DNA of 64,000 bases from an uncultured Nitrososphaerales archaeon (GCA_963695855.1 CAVOHZ010000010.1:192001-256000); one strand, 5' to 3'; positions 53,289 to 63,200 are shown, counted from the first letter of the stretch. Program-made: numbers and translations. The notes: generated from the letters alone by a model not told the origin.

Positions 53289-55577
53289 TTGATACTAAAT
53301 TTAAATAAATTGAGAATATTTATTTCTGGAACAATACAAGGTGTAGGTTTTAGACCTTTTGTCTATAGAATTGCAAATGAATCTCATCTTTACGGGTATA
53401 TACAGAATAAAGGAGATGGCATTGTGGAGATCTGCGTTCAAGGAAGCCAGAAAAATATTGACATTTTCATGAGAAAAATTAAGAATGAGAAGCCTGTCCT
53501 TGCACATTATGAAGATATTGATATTAGGGATTTTGAAGAGGATAAAAAATACAATGATTTTATCATAATCGAAAGTTCCAATACAAGATCAAAAACAGGT
53601 TCTTCAATCCATCCGGATATTTCAATATGTAAAATGTGCACGTTAGATTTTTTTCAAAATAAAAGAAGATATCAGTATCCATTCATCTCATGTACCGAAT
53701 GTGGTCCAAAATTTACCACATTGAGAAATTTTCCTTACGACAGAACCAATACAACAATGTCAGATTTTCCAATCTGTAAAGAATGCAAATCTGAATATAA
53801 TGACCCAAATAACAGGTTATTTCATTATGAACTAATATCTTGTACAGAATGTGGACCAAAATTTTCTATTGTTGATAACAAAGGTCATATCATCAATACC
53901 ACTGATCCCATAGCACTTTCAGCTGAATTAGTTACGGAAGGTAATATAATAGCAGTAAAGGGTCTTGGAGGTTTTCACATCATAACATCATCCACAAACT
54001 CCGATCCAATAATGAAATTGCGTAATAAAAAAGACAGAAAAAATAAACCTTTTGCGATCATGGGCAAAGATGTTGAATCGATAAAATCATTTGCTTGCCT
54101 AAACGAATTAGAAGAAAAAATACTAACTTCCATAACAAAACCTATTGTTCTATTAGACAAGAGTAATAATTATTTCCTTTCTCCTTTCATTTCACCGAAT
54201 CTCCACAATATTGGTGTTATGCTTCCCTATATGGGGTTACATATAATATTATTCAAATTCATAGAGGAGCCTGCTTTGGTTGTGACCAGTGGAAACGAAA
54301 GTGGTAATCCGATAATAAAAGATAACAAACAAGCTCTTAAATCTTTAGGAAATTATGTAGATTATCTTCTGGTTCATAATAGAGAAATATTTTCGAGATG
54401 CGATGACTCGATTATTAAAATGATAGAAGATACCCCCGTACTATTAAGGAGATCCAGAGGATTCGTTCCATCAAAGATCTCTTTTACTAAAAGTATTCCA
54501 GATTGTATTCTAGCACTGGGTGGAGAAAAGAACGTAACATTATCTATAATATCCAATGAAGACTGTTTCATTTCACAGCATATTGGAGACCTTTATAATG
54601 CAGATTCTTATTTATTTTTTAAGAATACAATTGAACAAATGATGAAATTTCTAAATTTGAAACCCTCTTTTTTTGCGTGTGATTTACACCCTTCTATGTT
54701 GACAACAAAATTAGCTTATAATTTAGCTCAGAATGAATCTAACGTCTTCCAAGTACAACATCATCACTCCCACATAGCCGCTCTAATGGCAGAACACAAC
54801 ATACAGGATATTATAGGAGTAGTATGTGATGGAATTGGATATGGTCTAGATGGAAATCTATGGGGAGGAGAAATATTCAAATGCGAAAATGTAACAAACA
54901 TACAACGAATAGGACATTTAAGTGAGCAACCCATGATAGGAGGAGATTTGGCGACACTAAATCCGTTAAGAATGGCCGCTGGAATACTATTTGGCAAGGT
55001 TGATGGTTTTGAAGATTTTCTATATTCAAATTTAATACGGTTCCAATATGGACATAAAGAAATAGAATCTATCATTAACAATCTACAATCTGATTCCTAC
55101 CCCAAAACCACCAGTACAGGCAGGATACTCGATGCAATATCATCTTTACTTGGAATTTGTTATAAAAGAACTTATGAAGGAGAACCTGCAATATCACTAG
55201 AATCAAGTTCAATAAATGGCAAAGATATTTTCATGGAGCCAGAAATATCAGGAAATATTTTAGATACTACATATTTACTAAAATATATATACGAAAACAG
55301 AGATAGGCTTTCTCGAAAAGATATTGGCTATTCTGCTCATGCCTATCTCGCAAAAGGCTTAGCAGAAATTGCTGGAGAAAATGCACTGTCCACAGGGATT
55401 GAAGTTGTTGGGTTTTCAGGAGGAGTTGCACATAATAAAATTTTTACAAAAATCCTAAAAGAAGAGATTGAGAAGAGGGGGATCAGATTCCTGCTACAGC
55501 AAAAAATTCCACCTGGAGATGGAGGACTTTCTGTAGGTCAAGCTTATTATACTATGAATAAAATTCTAAATAAATGA
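53289..55577 (+). CDS. hypF: Hydrogenase maturation carbamoyltransferase HypF
   Basis: QGVGFRPF, Zn-finger CxxC pairs (CTECGP twice), KGLGGFH, RRSRG, CDLHP, QHHHSH, DGIGYG, GDGGLSVGQ. Confidence 0.97.
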   Translation: MILNLNKLRIFISGTIQGVGFRPFVYRIANESHLYGYIQNKGDGIVEICVQGSQKNIDIFMRKIKNEKPVLAHYEDIDIRDFEEDKKYNDFIIIESSNTRSKTGSSIHPDISICKMCTLDFFQNKRRYQYPFISCTECGPKFTTLRNFPYDRTNTTMSDFPICKECKSEYNDPNNRLFHYELISCTECGPKFSIVDNKGHIINTTDPIALSAELVTEGNIIAVKGLGGFHIITSSTNSDPIMKLRNKKDRKNKPFAIMGKDVESIKSFACLNELEEKILTSITKPIVLLDKSNNYFLSPFISPNLHNIGVMLPYMGLHIILFKFIEEPALVVTSGNESGNPIIKDNKQALKSLGNYVDYLLVHNREIFSRCDDSIIKMIEDTPVLLRRSRGFVPSKISFTKSIPDCILALGGEKNVTLSIISNEDCFISQHIGDLYNADSYLFFKNTIEQMMKFLNLKPSFFACDLHPSMLTTKLAYNLAQNESNVFQVQHHHSHIAALMAEHNIQDIIGVVCDGIGYGLDGNLWGGEIFKCENVTNIQRIGHLSEQPMIGGDLATLNPLRMAAGILFGKVDGFEDFLYSNLIRFQYGHKEIESIINNLQSDSYPKTTSTGRILDAISSLLGICYKRTYEGEPAISLESSSINGKDIFMEPEISGNILDTTYLLKYIYENRDRLSRKDIGYSAHAYLAKGLAEIAGENALSTGIEVVGFSGGVAHNKIFTKILKEEIEKRGIRFLLQQKIPPGDGGLSVGQAYYTMNKILNK

Positions 55578-56754
55578 GGCCGGGTCATAATTATTCCATT
55601 TTCATAACGAATAGAGATAGTTTATTGGTGTATGATGTTTTGGTGAAAAACTATCATTCAATCCAACAAACTAGCACAGAAAAGATCTACATCTATTCTA
55701 ATTAGTATTTTGTATTTGATTGGTTTGATTAGTTGGCCACATAATAATAGAGGAGGAGGAGGGCGTGGTAGACCATATGTCTATCCTCCTACTGTTATAC
55801 TACGATGTTTTATAGTACGTATCTGGTTTAGATTGGATTAGAACAGAGCATTATATGAGTACCTCGCAATGGACCTATCATATAACAGAAAGGTAATAAT
55901 GAAGGGATGTGGACTATCCAGAATACCAAGCAGAAGAACATTTGATAGACACCTTGTCACACTATCTGATGATATCAAAAACAGGATTACTACAATGGGT
56001 GAACTTTTTGTTCGTCATAAAATAATAGATACATCTATTCTCGCAGCAGACAGTACCCTTATCAACGCTAGAGGATATGTCTGGCACAAATCATCTATGG
56101 AAGAGGGAGTAGTACCGCATTCTGGTATTGATACAGATGCAATATGGAGATTCAGCGATACAAAGGAGGGTTGTATATTTGGATACAAATTGCATTTGAT
56201 ATCAAGTACTGGTGGTTCTATCATTGTACCTTTGGCAGCAGATTTTACAACTGCTAACATACCTGATAATGAAATGTACAGTATATTGACAGGAAGTCTA
56301 CCTGTTACAAAAATTAAAAGAACATTATTCATGTCTGCAGATCCTGGATACGATGATGATGAGTTGTATGATCTCGGTACAGATATGGGATTTAGATTGG
56401 TATATCCAGTAAAGAGATATAAAAATACACATGCTGATAGGATAAAACTGATAGAATTTTATGAATCAAATGTTGGACAGGCTGTCTATTCCTTGAGAAG
56501 TATATCAATTGAACTGTTCATAGGTCATATCAAATCGGTATTCAGGATAGATCCATTGCCTTTAAGAGGCTATACCAAGGTTTGTGCATAAGTACTGTTG
56601 TCAGTACTACTATATCAAATACTTGTATACTACAACTGTAAAATTAACAAAGCTAATCCAAGAGCAATCAAATACATGCTAGGAACATAAAGATTGACTA
56701 TATCTATATTATTAACATTTCAATACCAGTTTATTGAATTATGACCCAGCCTCA
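55575..56754 (+). mobile_element. DDE insertion sequence (IS4/IS5/IS982-like), transposase broken by stops
   Basis: 18-bp IRs TGAGGCCGGGTCATAATT / AATTATGACCCAGCCTCA; ADSTLI, FGYKLHL, ADPGYD, RSISIE; exact family uncertain. Confidence 0.8.
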
Positions 56755-56772
56755 GATATTTAGTAAATATAT

Positions 56773-57240
56773 TCATCTCACAATTAAAACTGGACAATGA
56801 GAATAAGTCGCAACTTGAGATGCTGTGCTACCTAATAATAATCTTTTAAGACCTGTTCTTCCTCTAGTACCTATTACTATTAGATCTATTCTTTGTTTTT
56901 CTGCATAATCTACTATTTTTGGACCTATCGAAGAAGATACAATTATATCAGTTTTAATATCAATTTCTTTATCCTTTTCATATTCTTTGGATATTTTTCT
57001 AACTGAATCAAACCATTCGTTTACTTCTTTTTTTTTCTTTTCAATTAATTTATTTGTATCTTCAGGTCGTTCTGTCGCAAAAGGATGTAGAGATAGATCA
57101 AGTTCAGTCGGATGTAAAATATTTAATATAATTAATTGAGCGTCATGTTGAATAGATAATATTATTCCAAATTTAGCTGCATCCATTGAAAATTTCGAAC
57201 CATCTATAGGGACTAATATCTTTGATAATTTTTCCTTCAT
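56773..57240 (-). CDS. Universal stress protein (USP) 5
   Basis: KILVPIDGS, DLIVIGTRGRTGLKRLLLGSTA, HCPVLIVR. Confidence 0.93.
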   Translation of the reverse strand: MKEKLSKILVPIDGSKFSMDAAKFGIILSIQHDAQLIILNILHPTELDLSLHPFATERPEDTNKLIEKKKKEVNEWFDSVRKISKEYEKDKEIDIKTDIIVSSSIGPKIVDYAEKQRIDLIVIGTRGRTGLKRLLLGSTASQVATYSHCPVLIVR

Positions 57241-57424
57241 GAATTCTTTTCACGGTTTTATATAATATAAGGTAATACTTTCTAATTCTCTCTTATTGAC
57301 AAATGTTTCAGTCAAGCTTAAAGCTATACCAACTATCTTGTTTTCTAATTATCAATTTTAGTAAGCAAAAATACCAATTAAGATAAATATGCTTACCCAC
57401 CTCTAACCAAGTAATTTCTCATAT

Positions 57425-58100
57425 TCAGATTAAATCCTTTTGTTCTAAAATATGTAAATATTTAATTATGAAATCTGTAAATGACTGATAGTATTGTAGG
57501 ACAGGCAGATCGTTTTTGGCTATATTCCAGCATTCCTCAAGTACCATAAATTCTGGAGATGCTGTTGGAAGATATACAGGAATCAGATACTGTTTATGTT
57601 TGTCAAAATATTGCAGTACCTTTTTTGATTTATAGTGTTGTTTTGCTTTATCCAAAATGTATAACATTTTGGAAACTTTCTGTGTATCTGTTTTAGATAA
57701 TCCAGAAATGTATTTTCATCAAACCAGTCATATTGCCTAAACAGTTGTTTTCCTTCTAAACTTGTGGCACCAAATCAAACTGACTCCTGATGAGATCCAT
57801 TAATCCTTACTACTGGTCTTTCATCTTTTCTTATCCAGACTCTTCTTACAAGAGAGTCAAAGAAAAAGAATGATTCATCCATAGATACTACTGTGAACTC
57901 TTTCTGGAGAGTATCCAATATCTTTCTGGCTCTTTTTTAAAACGTTCTTTCTCTTCTTTTGATGCTGTATTTACATATGTATTTCTAAGTACCTTCTGCT
58001 TGAATCCACACATATCCATGAGTCGGTATATGTAAGTGTAATGGTATGTGATTTCACTCTTTTTCACAATTAGATCTTCAACCTGTTTTGTAGGCCAGCC
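57425..58100 (-). mobile_element. Degraded IS630-family element
   Basis: GWPTKQV...YIYRL...VNTASKEEKERFKK, SMDESFF, ILDKAKQH, PTASPEFMVLEECW in shifting frames. Confidence 0.8.
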
Positions 58101-58208
58101 CTATTTGCTGGATGATAAACCTCAAAAGATCTTGTCTTTTAATTTGATAATTAATCTGTTCGTAATCTGTTGATTAGTATGTTAATAGGACTAATTATTG
58201 ATTGTTAA

Positions 58209-58744
58209 CTAAGGATTTCTGAAAGTTTCTCGACTTTCATTAAGCTCAATTTGTCCAATACACGGATCATATAATTTATTGAAATTTGAAGACGAACTTA
58301 TTGTTCTTATTGCTGCAAATGCTCTAATAACCGTATTTGGAAAAATATCCTTCAACTTATTAGCTGCACCCATTATTGTAGCTTCTCGTGTAATAACATC
58401 ATCAACCAAGAGAATTTCTTTTAGTTTTGGTAAAGTTCCTATGATTTCTAGTGAACCATAATGTTGAGATGTCTTGGGTCTATTGGAGGCAGTACTCGTT
58501 GCAGATTTAGGCAGTGGTTTACCACGTTTAGGACACTCTAAGACTTCTTTTGCAAGTCCTTATGAACAAGAGATTTTGCCAGACGTTCAGGAACCCATAA
58601 TGGTTTTGGATTAATTAAAGGACTGCTTGGAATCGGAAGATCCGTTAAGCAACTATTAGGAATGGGAATCAATGTAGTGTTATTAATAAAGAAACTAGAA
58701 AATGGAAAAGATTTGCAATGAAAAAACCAAATCAAATGGTACAT
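58209..58744 (-). pseudogene. Frameshifted type I phosphoribosyltransferase (ComF-like)
   Basis: LIPIP, PLPKSA...RP...HY.SL, ILLVDDVITREAT PRPP-loop in different frames. Confidence 0.65.
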
Positions 58745-58855
58745 ATAGATATTTTAGGTCCATTTTACTTTGAGAATTCTACTCAAAAAAAATAACTGAT
58801 TTTTTACTTTATCTATAATCTTTATAGGCAAGATTTTCCTATCATTTCTAGGCTT

Positions 58856-59170
58856 ATGTGTTTGGCTTTTCCTGGCAAGATAACTGAAATAGTAGGAGAT
58901 TTTGCCAAGATAGATTTTGGTGGAGGTACTATGAGAAATAATATTAATATTTCCTACGTCGATGGTCAAGTGGGAGATTATGTTCTTATTCATGCAGGAT
59001 ATGCAATCCAAGTGTTGGATCTGGAGGAGGCTGAAAATATATTGAAATACTGGGTAGACAATACATCCTGGAAGTGCAATCAGTGTGAAATAATAAATGA
59101 ATGTTTCACAGGAAATTTGGTTAAAGAAGTAAAACAGATTAAACATAATAAATTGGGTTCAGAATCATGA
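58856..59170 (+). CDS. hypC: Hydrogenase maturation chaperone HypC with Cys-rich C-terminal extension
   Basis: MCLAFPGKI, VGDYVLIHAGYAI. Confidence 0.95.
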   Translation: MCLAFPGKITEIVGDFAKIDFGGGTMRNNINISYVDGQVGDYVLIHAGYAIQVLDLEEAENILKYWVDNTSWKCNQCEIINECFTGNLVKEVKQIKHNKLGSES

Positions 59171-60276
59171 TTCTAGAAAAATACAAAGATCCCGATTTAG
59201 CAAAGAACATTACTGAAAAGATCCATGAATATGCCGATTTGATAGAAGAGAATCTGCTTTTTATGCATGTTTGTGGATCTCATGAATGGACAATATCACA
59301 CTACGGTATAAGGTCTTTGATTCCTAAAAATATAGAGATAAGACCTGGACCGGGCTGTCCTGTTTGTATTACTCCAGCTGAGGATATAGACAATGCCGTA
59401 AAACTCGGTTTAGAGGGAAAAACGATTTTAGTATATGGAGATATGTCAAGATCGAAAGGATCTAAAGGAAAAAGCCTTTTAGATATAAGGGTACTTGGTG
59501 CTAAGATCAGGATAATATACAGCATACAGGAAGCCATATTATTAGCAAGAAATGACCCATCAGAAGACTTTGTCTTTTTCGGAGTAGGATTTGATACCAC
59601 GGCACCTCCGACGGCATTTGAGATATTGAAAGGTTTACCGCCGAATCTTGCTATTATTAATTCTTATAGATATATGCCTCCAATAGTTGGAGCAGTTATA
59701 AAATCTTCTGTACTAGGTGTCGATGCAGTATTAAATCCGGGACATTCATCCACAATAACTGGAATGAAACCTTATTACAGATATTTTCTAGAAACTAGAA
59801 AACCTCAAGTCTTTTGTGGATTTGAACCTATTGATATTTTATTGGGAATTCTCATCCTATTAAAACAAATAAAAGATGGAAAGGCGAAACTAGAAAATGA
59901 ATATCAAAGGTCAGTCACATGGGAAGGAAATAAAAATGCTCAGAAAAAACTTGAAGATGTCTTTGACCTGGACACAGGATATATAAGAGGAGTAGCAAAC
60001 ATTCCAGAATGCGGTTTTACCTTTAAGGAAAAATATAAGGATGTTGATGCATATGCCAGATATGGTTTATCAAAGCAAACAAATAATGAACATTTTGTAG
60101 CGGGAGCTCGATGCGGTGAAGTGATTTTAGGTCTTTGTGAACCTACTGAATGTCCGCTATATATGAAAGAGTGCACTAAACAGACACCTAAAGGGCCTAC
60201 AATGATTTCTCTCGAAGGGACATGTAGAATATGGGCTGAACATAATCTGATTAAATCTATAAAAAAACTTTCGTAA
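59167..60276 (+). CDS. hypD: Hydrogenase maturation protein HypD
   Basis: HVCGSH, GPGCPVC, GVGFDTTAP, PGHSS, GFEP, C-terminal Fe-S Cys cluster. Confidence 0.96.
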   Translation: MILEKYKDPDLAKNITEKIHEYADLIEENLLFMHVCGSHEWTISHYGIRSLIPKNIEIRPGPGCPVCITPAEDIDNAVKLGLEGKTILVYGDMSRSKGSKGKSLLDIRVLGAKIRIIYSIQEAILLARNDPSEDFVFFGVGFDTTAPPTAFEILKGLPPNLAIINSYRYMPPIVGAVIKSSVLGVDAVLNPGHSSTITGMKPYYRYFLETRKPQVFCGFEPIDILLGILILLKQIKDGKAKLENEYQRSVTWEGNKNAQKKLEDVFDLDTGYIRGVANIPECGFTFKEKYKDVDAYARYGLSKQTNNEHFVAGARCGEVILGLCEPTECPLYMKECTKQTPKGPTMISLEGTCRIWAEHNLIKSIKKLS

Positions 60277-60295
60277 TATTCAATATTGATCTCTT

Positions 60296-61078
60296 ATGGC
60301 TTTTTTTATAGGAAATAGTTTTTGTAAACTCTGTCAAAAGGATGAAGAACAACTTGAAAATGAATTATTTTACAGCACAAAGGGACTAATTAATAAGGGT
60401 TATTCGATAATTAAAAATACACTAAATAGTGCACGACTCCCAAATTATGACGACTTTTTCGTAACATATTTTAAAAATAATATATGGAATTCAGATATCA
60501 AAGTACTAAAAATAAATATAAAAGATTGTTCTAATAATCATGAAAATCCCACAAACGGTGTTGAGGTTGATAAAGGCGAAATTTTGCTACATACAAAAAT
60601 ATATCAAGCTCGTCCGGATGTCAATGCTATTTGTCATACAAGGAATCCATATTCGATAATTTTAGAGAATGATACTTTCAAAAGAGTACATGGAGAAGCT
60701 ACATTGATCTTAGGTGACATCCCAATAATAGATATTGAAAATTTTTCTGATGAAAATAGAACTAGGAGCTTTATAGAAAAAATAGTTCAATCAACAATAG
60801 GAGAGCCCCTAAGACCGATAAGAACCGTAATCTTATCAAACAATAGCGTTTTGGCTCTTGGTTCCTGCATACATGAAGCAAGAGCATTTACAGAAATACT
60901 GGAAGAATGTGCCAGATTTTACATGATATCTAAAATTTTTGGGGGACCGCTAAATCTGCTTACACTTGATCAATTGAGAGGTTTGGGATCGAGATATGCA
61001 AGAGCCATAAAATTTGGAGGAAGACAAATAATGTCTAATGCGAATCATCCAGACGATCAGATTAATAAAAATTTTTGA
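60296..61078 (+). CDS. Class II aldolase/adducin-fold protein, degenerate metal site
   Basis: LHTKIYQARPDVNAICHT..PY, ILSNNSVLALG..IHEA, ILEECA. Confidence 0.7.
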   Translation: MAFFIGNSFCKLCQKDEEQLENELFYSTKGLINKGYSIIKNTLNSARLPNYDDFFVTYFKNNIWNSDIKVLKINIKDCSNNHENPTNGVEVDKGEILLHTKIYQARPDVNAICHTRNPYSIILENDTFKRVHGEATLILGDIPIIDIENFSDENRTRSFIEKIVQSTIGEPLRPIRTVILSNNSVLALGSCIHEARAFTEILEECARFYMISKIFGGPLNLLTLDQLRGLGSRYARAIKFGGRQIMSNANHPDDQINKNF

Positions 61079-61482
61079 AAATGACGCTAAAAAAAATTCT
61101 AGTTTTTGGTAATCCTTTGGTTAGAAGGGACAGTATACCTCTAAAATTAATAGATAATCTTAGAAATGAATTTCCTAATATAGAATTCAAAGAATTTGAT
61201 TCAATTGAAGAGATACAAAATGAAGGGGATACCCTTTACATTCTGGATTCGGTAGAAAAAATAAAAAAAGTGATGGTAATAACCGATTTAGATCAATTGG
61301 CTACAGACAAAATATATTCGGTACATGATTTTGATTTAGCTATCAACCTCAAGATCCTAAAGAAAATAGGTGTGATAAAAAAGATAATTATTCTTGGCGT
61401 GCCCATGAATATTACGCATAGTCAGGCATTACAAGAGATTAGAGAAAAAATTATATCCATTTCAATCTCAAAAAATGACTAG
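61075..61482 (+). CDS. Hydrogenase maturation endopeptidase (HycI/HybD-like, short form)
   Basis: VFGNPL..RD, ILDS, SVHDFDL, IIILGVP; abuts the large subunit. Confidence 0.8.
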   Translation: MKMTLKKILVFGNPLVRRDSIPLKLIDNLRNEFPNIEFKEFDSIEEIQNEGDTLYILDSVEKIKKVMVITDLDQLATDKIYSVHDFDLAINLKILKKIGVIKKIIILGVPMNITHSQALQEIREKIISISISKND

Positions 61483-62728
61483 CACAGCTCATACACGGAT
61501 CGTATGCCCTTATTATTTTTTCAAGCTCATGATAAATAAAATGTTTATCTTTGTCTAAAATGCTAGGTAAAAGATTTTTTATATCATTTTCCATCTTAAT
61601 TTGATTTTGTGCTGTTGGTATTATAAAGTTGGCAAATTGTACTTTTCCTTCTCTGTTAAGTTCAACCATATGATACAATGTACCACGAGGAGCCTCTATT
61701 ACTCCAACTCCTTTACCTTCTCCTGTTTTAACTTCTGGTGCTGGCTCCTGGTTAAATTCATTTTCTTCAAGAATTTGAATTGTGTGATCTATACAATGTA
61801 AAATTTCAATAGATTGTGCAAGATTATTATGATAAATATTGTTTGATGGAAAGATTTTAAGGATTTCAGATAAATCTTTCTTTGAATCATTATGAATAGA
61901 TTCTTTATTCAAGTTCAACCTAGCCAAAGCTCCTACCATGTATTCTTTGGTCCTGAATCTAAATCCAGTAGCCTGAGAGTATGGTATAATAATTCTTTCT
62001 AGGTGATTCCAATATTCATCCTTTTTTATTTTCATTCCATCTGAAGAAGCGATTTCACCTTCCAAAAAACTAAAATCGTCTGTAACTAAAGATACGAAAG
62101 TGGATTCTCTACTAAGGTCAAAATTGCATTCATAAAATATTTTTATGAGTTCAAGAACCGTATCTCTAGTTTCTTTAAATTGTGACAATACTTCTTTCAA
62201 ATTTTCTTTTGAGGGTAGATGAGAAAACTGTCCAACCTTTTCAAATGTTGGGTGAACAGCCCTGCCAGCAACTATTTTCGAAAGATTATTTCCAAGACTC
62301 TTTACACTGAAACCTTGTTTAATTAGATAATTTTTTGAATCGTCAAAATCAAATACTGAATCGGTGTTAAAGACATCAGGAAGACAGAAGAAGTACAAAT
62401 GTAAAGCGTGATCCCTTATCATCATCCCATATACAGATAACTTTCTTAATAATTCGGTTTGTTTTGTTGGTGTGATTTGGAGACATTTTTCAATTGATTC
62501 AATGCTACAAGTTAAGTGTGCTATGCTACATGTACCACATATCCTAGAAACAAATTGTGGAACACTAGAAAAATGTCTATTTCGTACTGCTTGTGTATAA
62601 AATCTTTTATTTTCATTTATCTTTAATTTGACATCTTCTACTTTACCATTCCTAATTTTTACTTCAATGTCTGCATGACCTTCTGTTTTGCTTATTTGTT
62701 CTATATTGATATCGAAACTATCATGCAT
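61451..62728 (-). CDS. [NiFe]-hydrogenase large subunit, group 3b-like
   Basis: KTEGH, L1 SRICGTCSIAH, GRAVHP, YMVGALAR, EAPRGTLYH, PTAQN, L2 RAYDPCMSCASH plus cleavable FLRLKWI tail. Confidence 0.92.
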   Translation of the reverse strand: MHDSFDINIEQISKTEGHADIEVKIRNGKVEDVKLKINENKRFYTQAVRNRHFSSVPQFVSRICGTCSIAHLTCSIESIEKCLQITPTKQTELLRKLSVYGMMIRDHALHLYFFCLPDVFNTDSVFDFDDSKNYLIKQGFSVKSLGNNLSKIVAGRAVHPTFEKVGQFSHLPSKENLKEVLSQFKETRDTVLELIKIFYECNFDLSRESTFVSLVTDDFSFLEGEIASSDGMKIKKDEYWNHLERIIIPYSQATGFRFRTKEYMVGALARLNLNKESIHNDSKKDLSEILKIFPSNNIYHNNLAQSIEILHCIDHTIQILEENEFNQEPAPEVKTGEGKGVGVIEAPRGTLYHMVELNREGKVQFANFIIPTAQNQIKMENDIKNLLPSILDKDKHFIYHELEKIIRAYDPCMSCASHFLRLKWI

Positions 62729-63200
62729 TTACAAGACCAAATTCCTTTAGATAACTATCTAATTTTGATAAAAATAATTTTTCATCCATTGGACATCCTG
62801 GAATGAAATCATCAACATTTACAAATTCTGAAATAGGCGATACTTTGCTTCTATTTCCAAACTTGACTAAAATAGGGGAAATCTCATTTTTTGTTGATTC
62901 ATCAAAGAAATTTCTTTGATTAGCTGGACTTCCTGAACACGCACAACTCCCTATTGCGATTAATTTTTTTGAATTCTTCCTTATCTCTTTAAGAAATTCA
63001 AGCTCTTTGTCACTTGAAATTGCTCCTTCTACAAAAGCCAAATCTAAATCAGTAAAATCGTTTTTCCCTTTTAAAGTTCTAAAATATTTAAATTCCAATA
63101 GATCTTTCCACTTGACAAAATTATCATTCATTAATTCAATGAATACTATCGTACTGTCTTCACAACATGTAAATGAAAACCAGCCAGTTTTGAGTTTCAT
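62721..63200 (-). CDS. [NiFe]-hydrogenase small (delta-like) subunit, short form
   Basis: WFSFTCCEDS, FVEGAI, AIGSCACSG, VDDFIPGCP; likely start ATG 63200; overlaps the large-subunit start. Confidence 0.88.
   Translation of the reverse strand: MKLKTGWFSFTCCEDSTIVFIELMNDNFVKWKDLLEFKYFRTLKGKNDFTDLDLAFVEGAISSDKELEFLKEIRKNSKKLIAIGSCACSGSPANQRNFFDESTKNEISPILVKFGNRSKVSPISEFVNVDDFIPGCPMDEKLFLSKLDSYLKEFGLVNA

Noticed and set aside
60095-60230. HypD C-terminus reading ARC...GLCEP...GPTMIS instead of CRC...GPCMVS
   Set aside because: As I recall, E. coli HypD has the same Cys pattern, so this is a known functional variant
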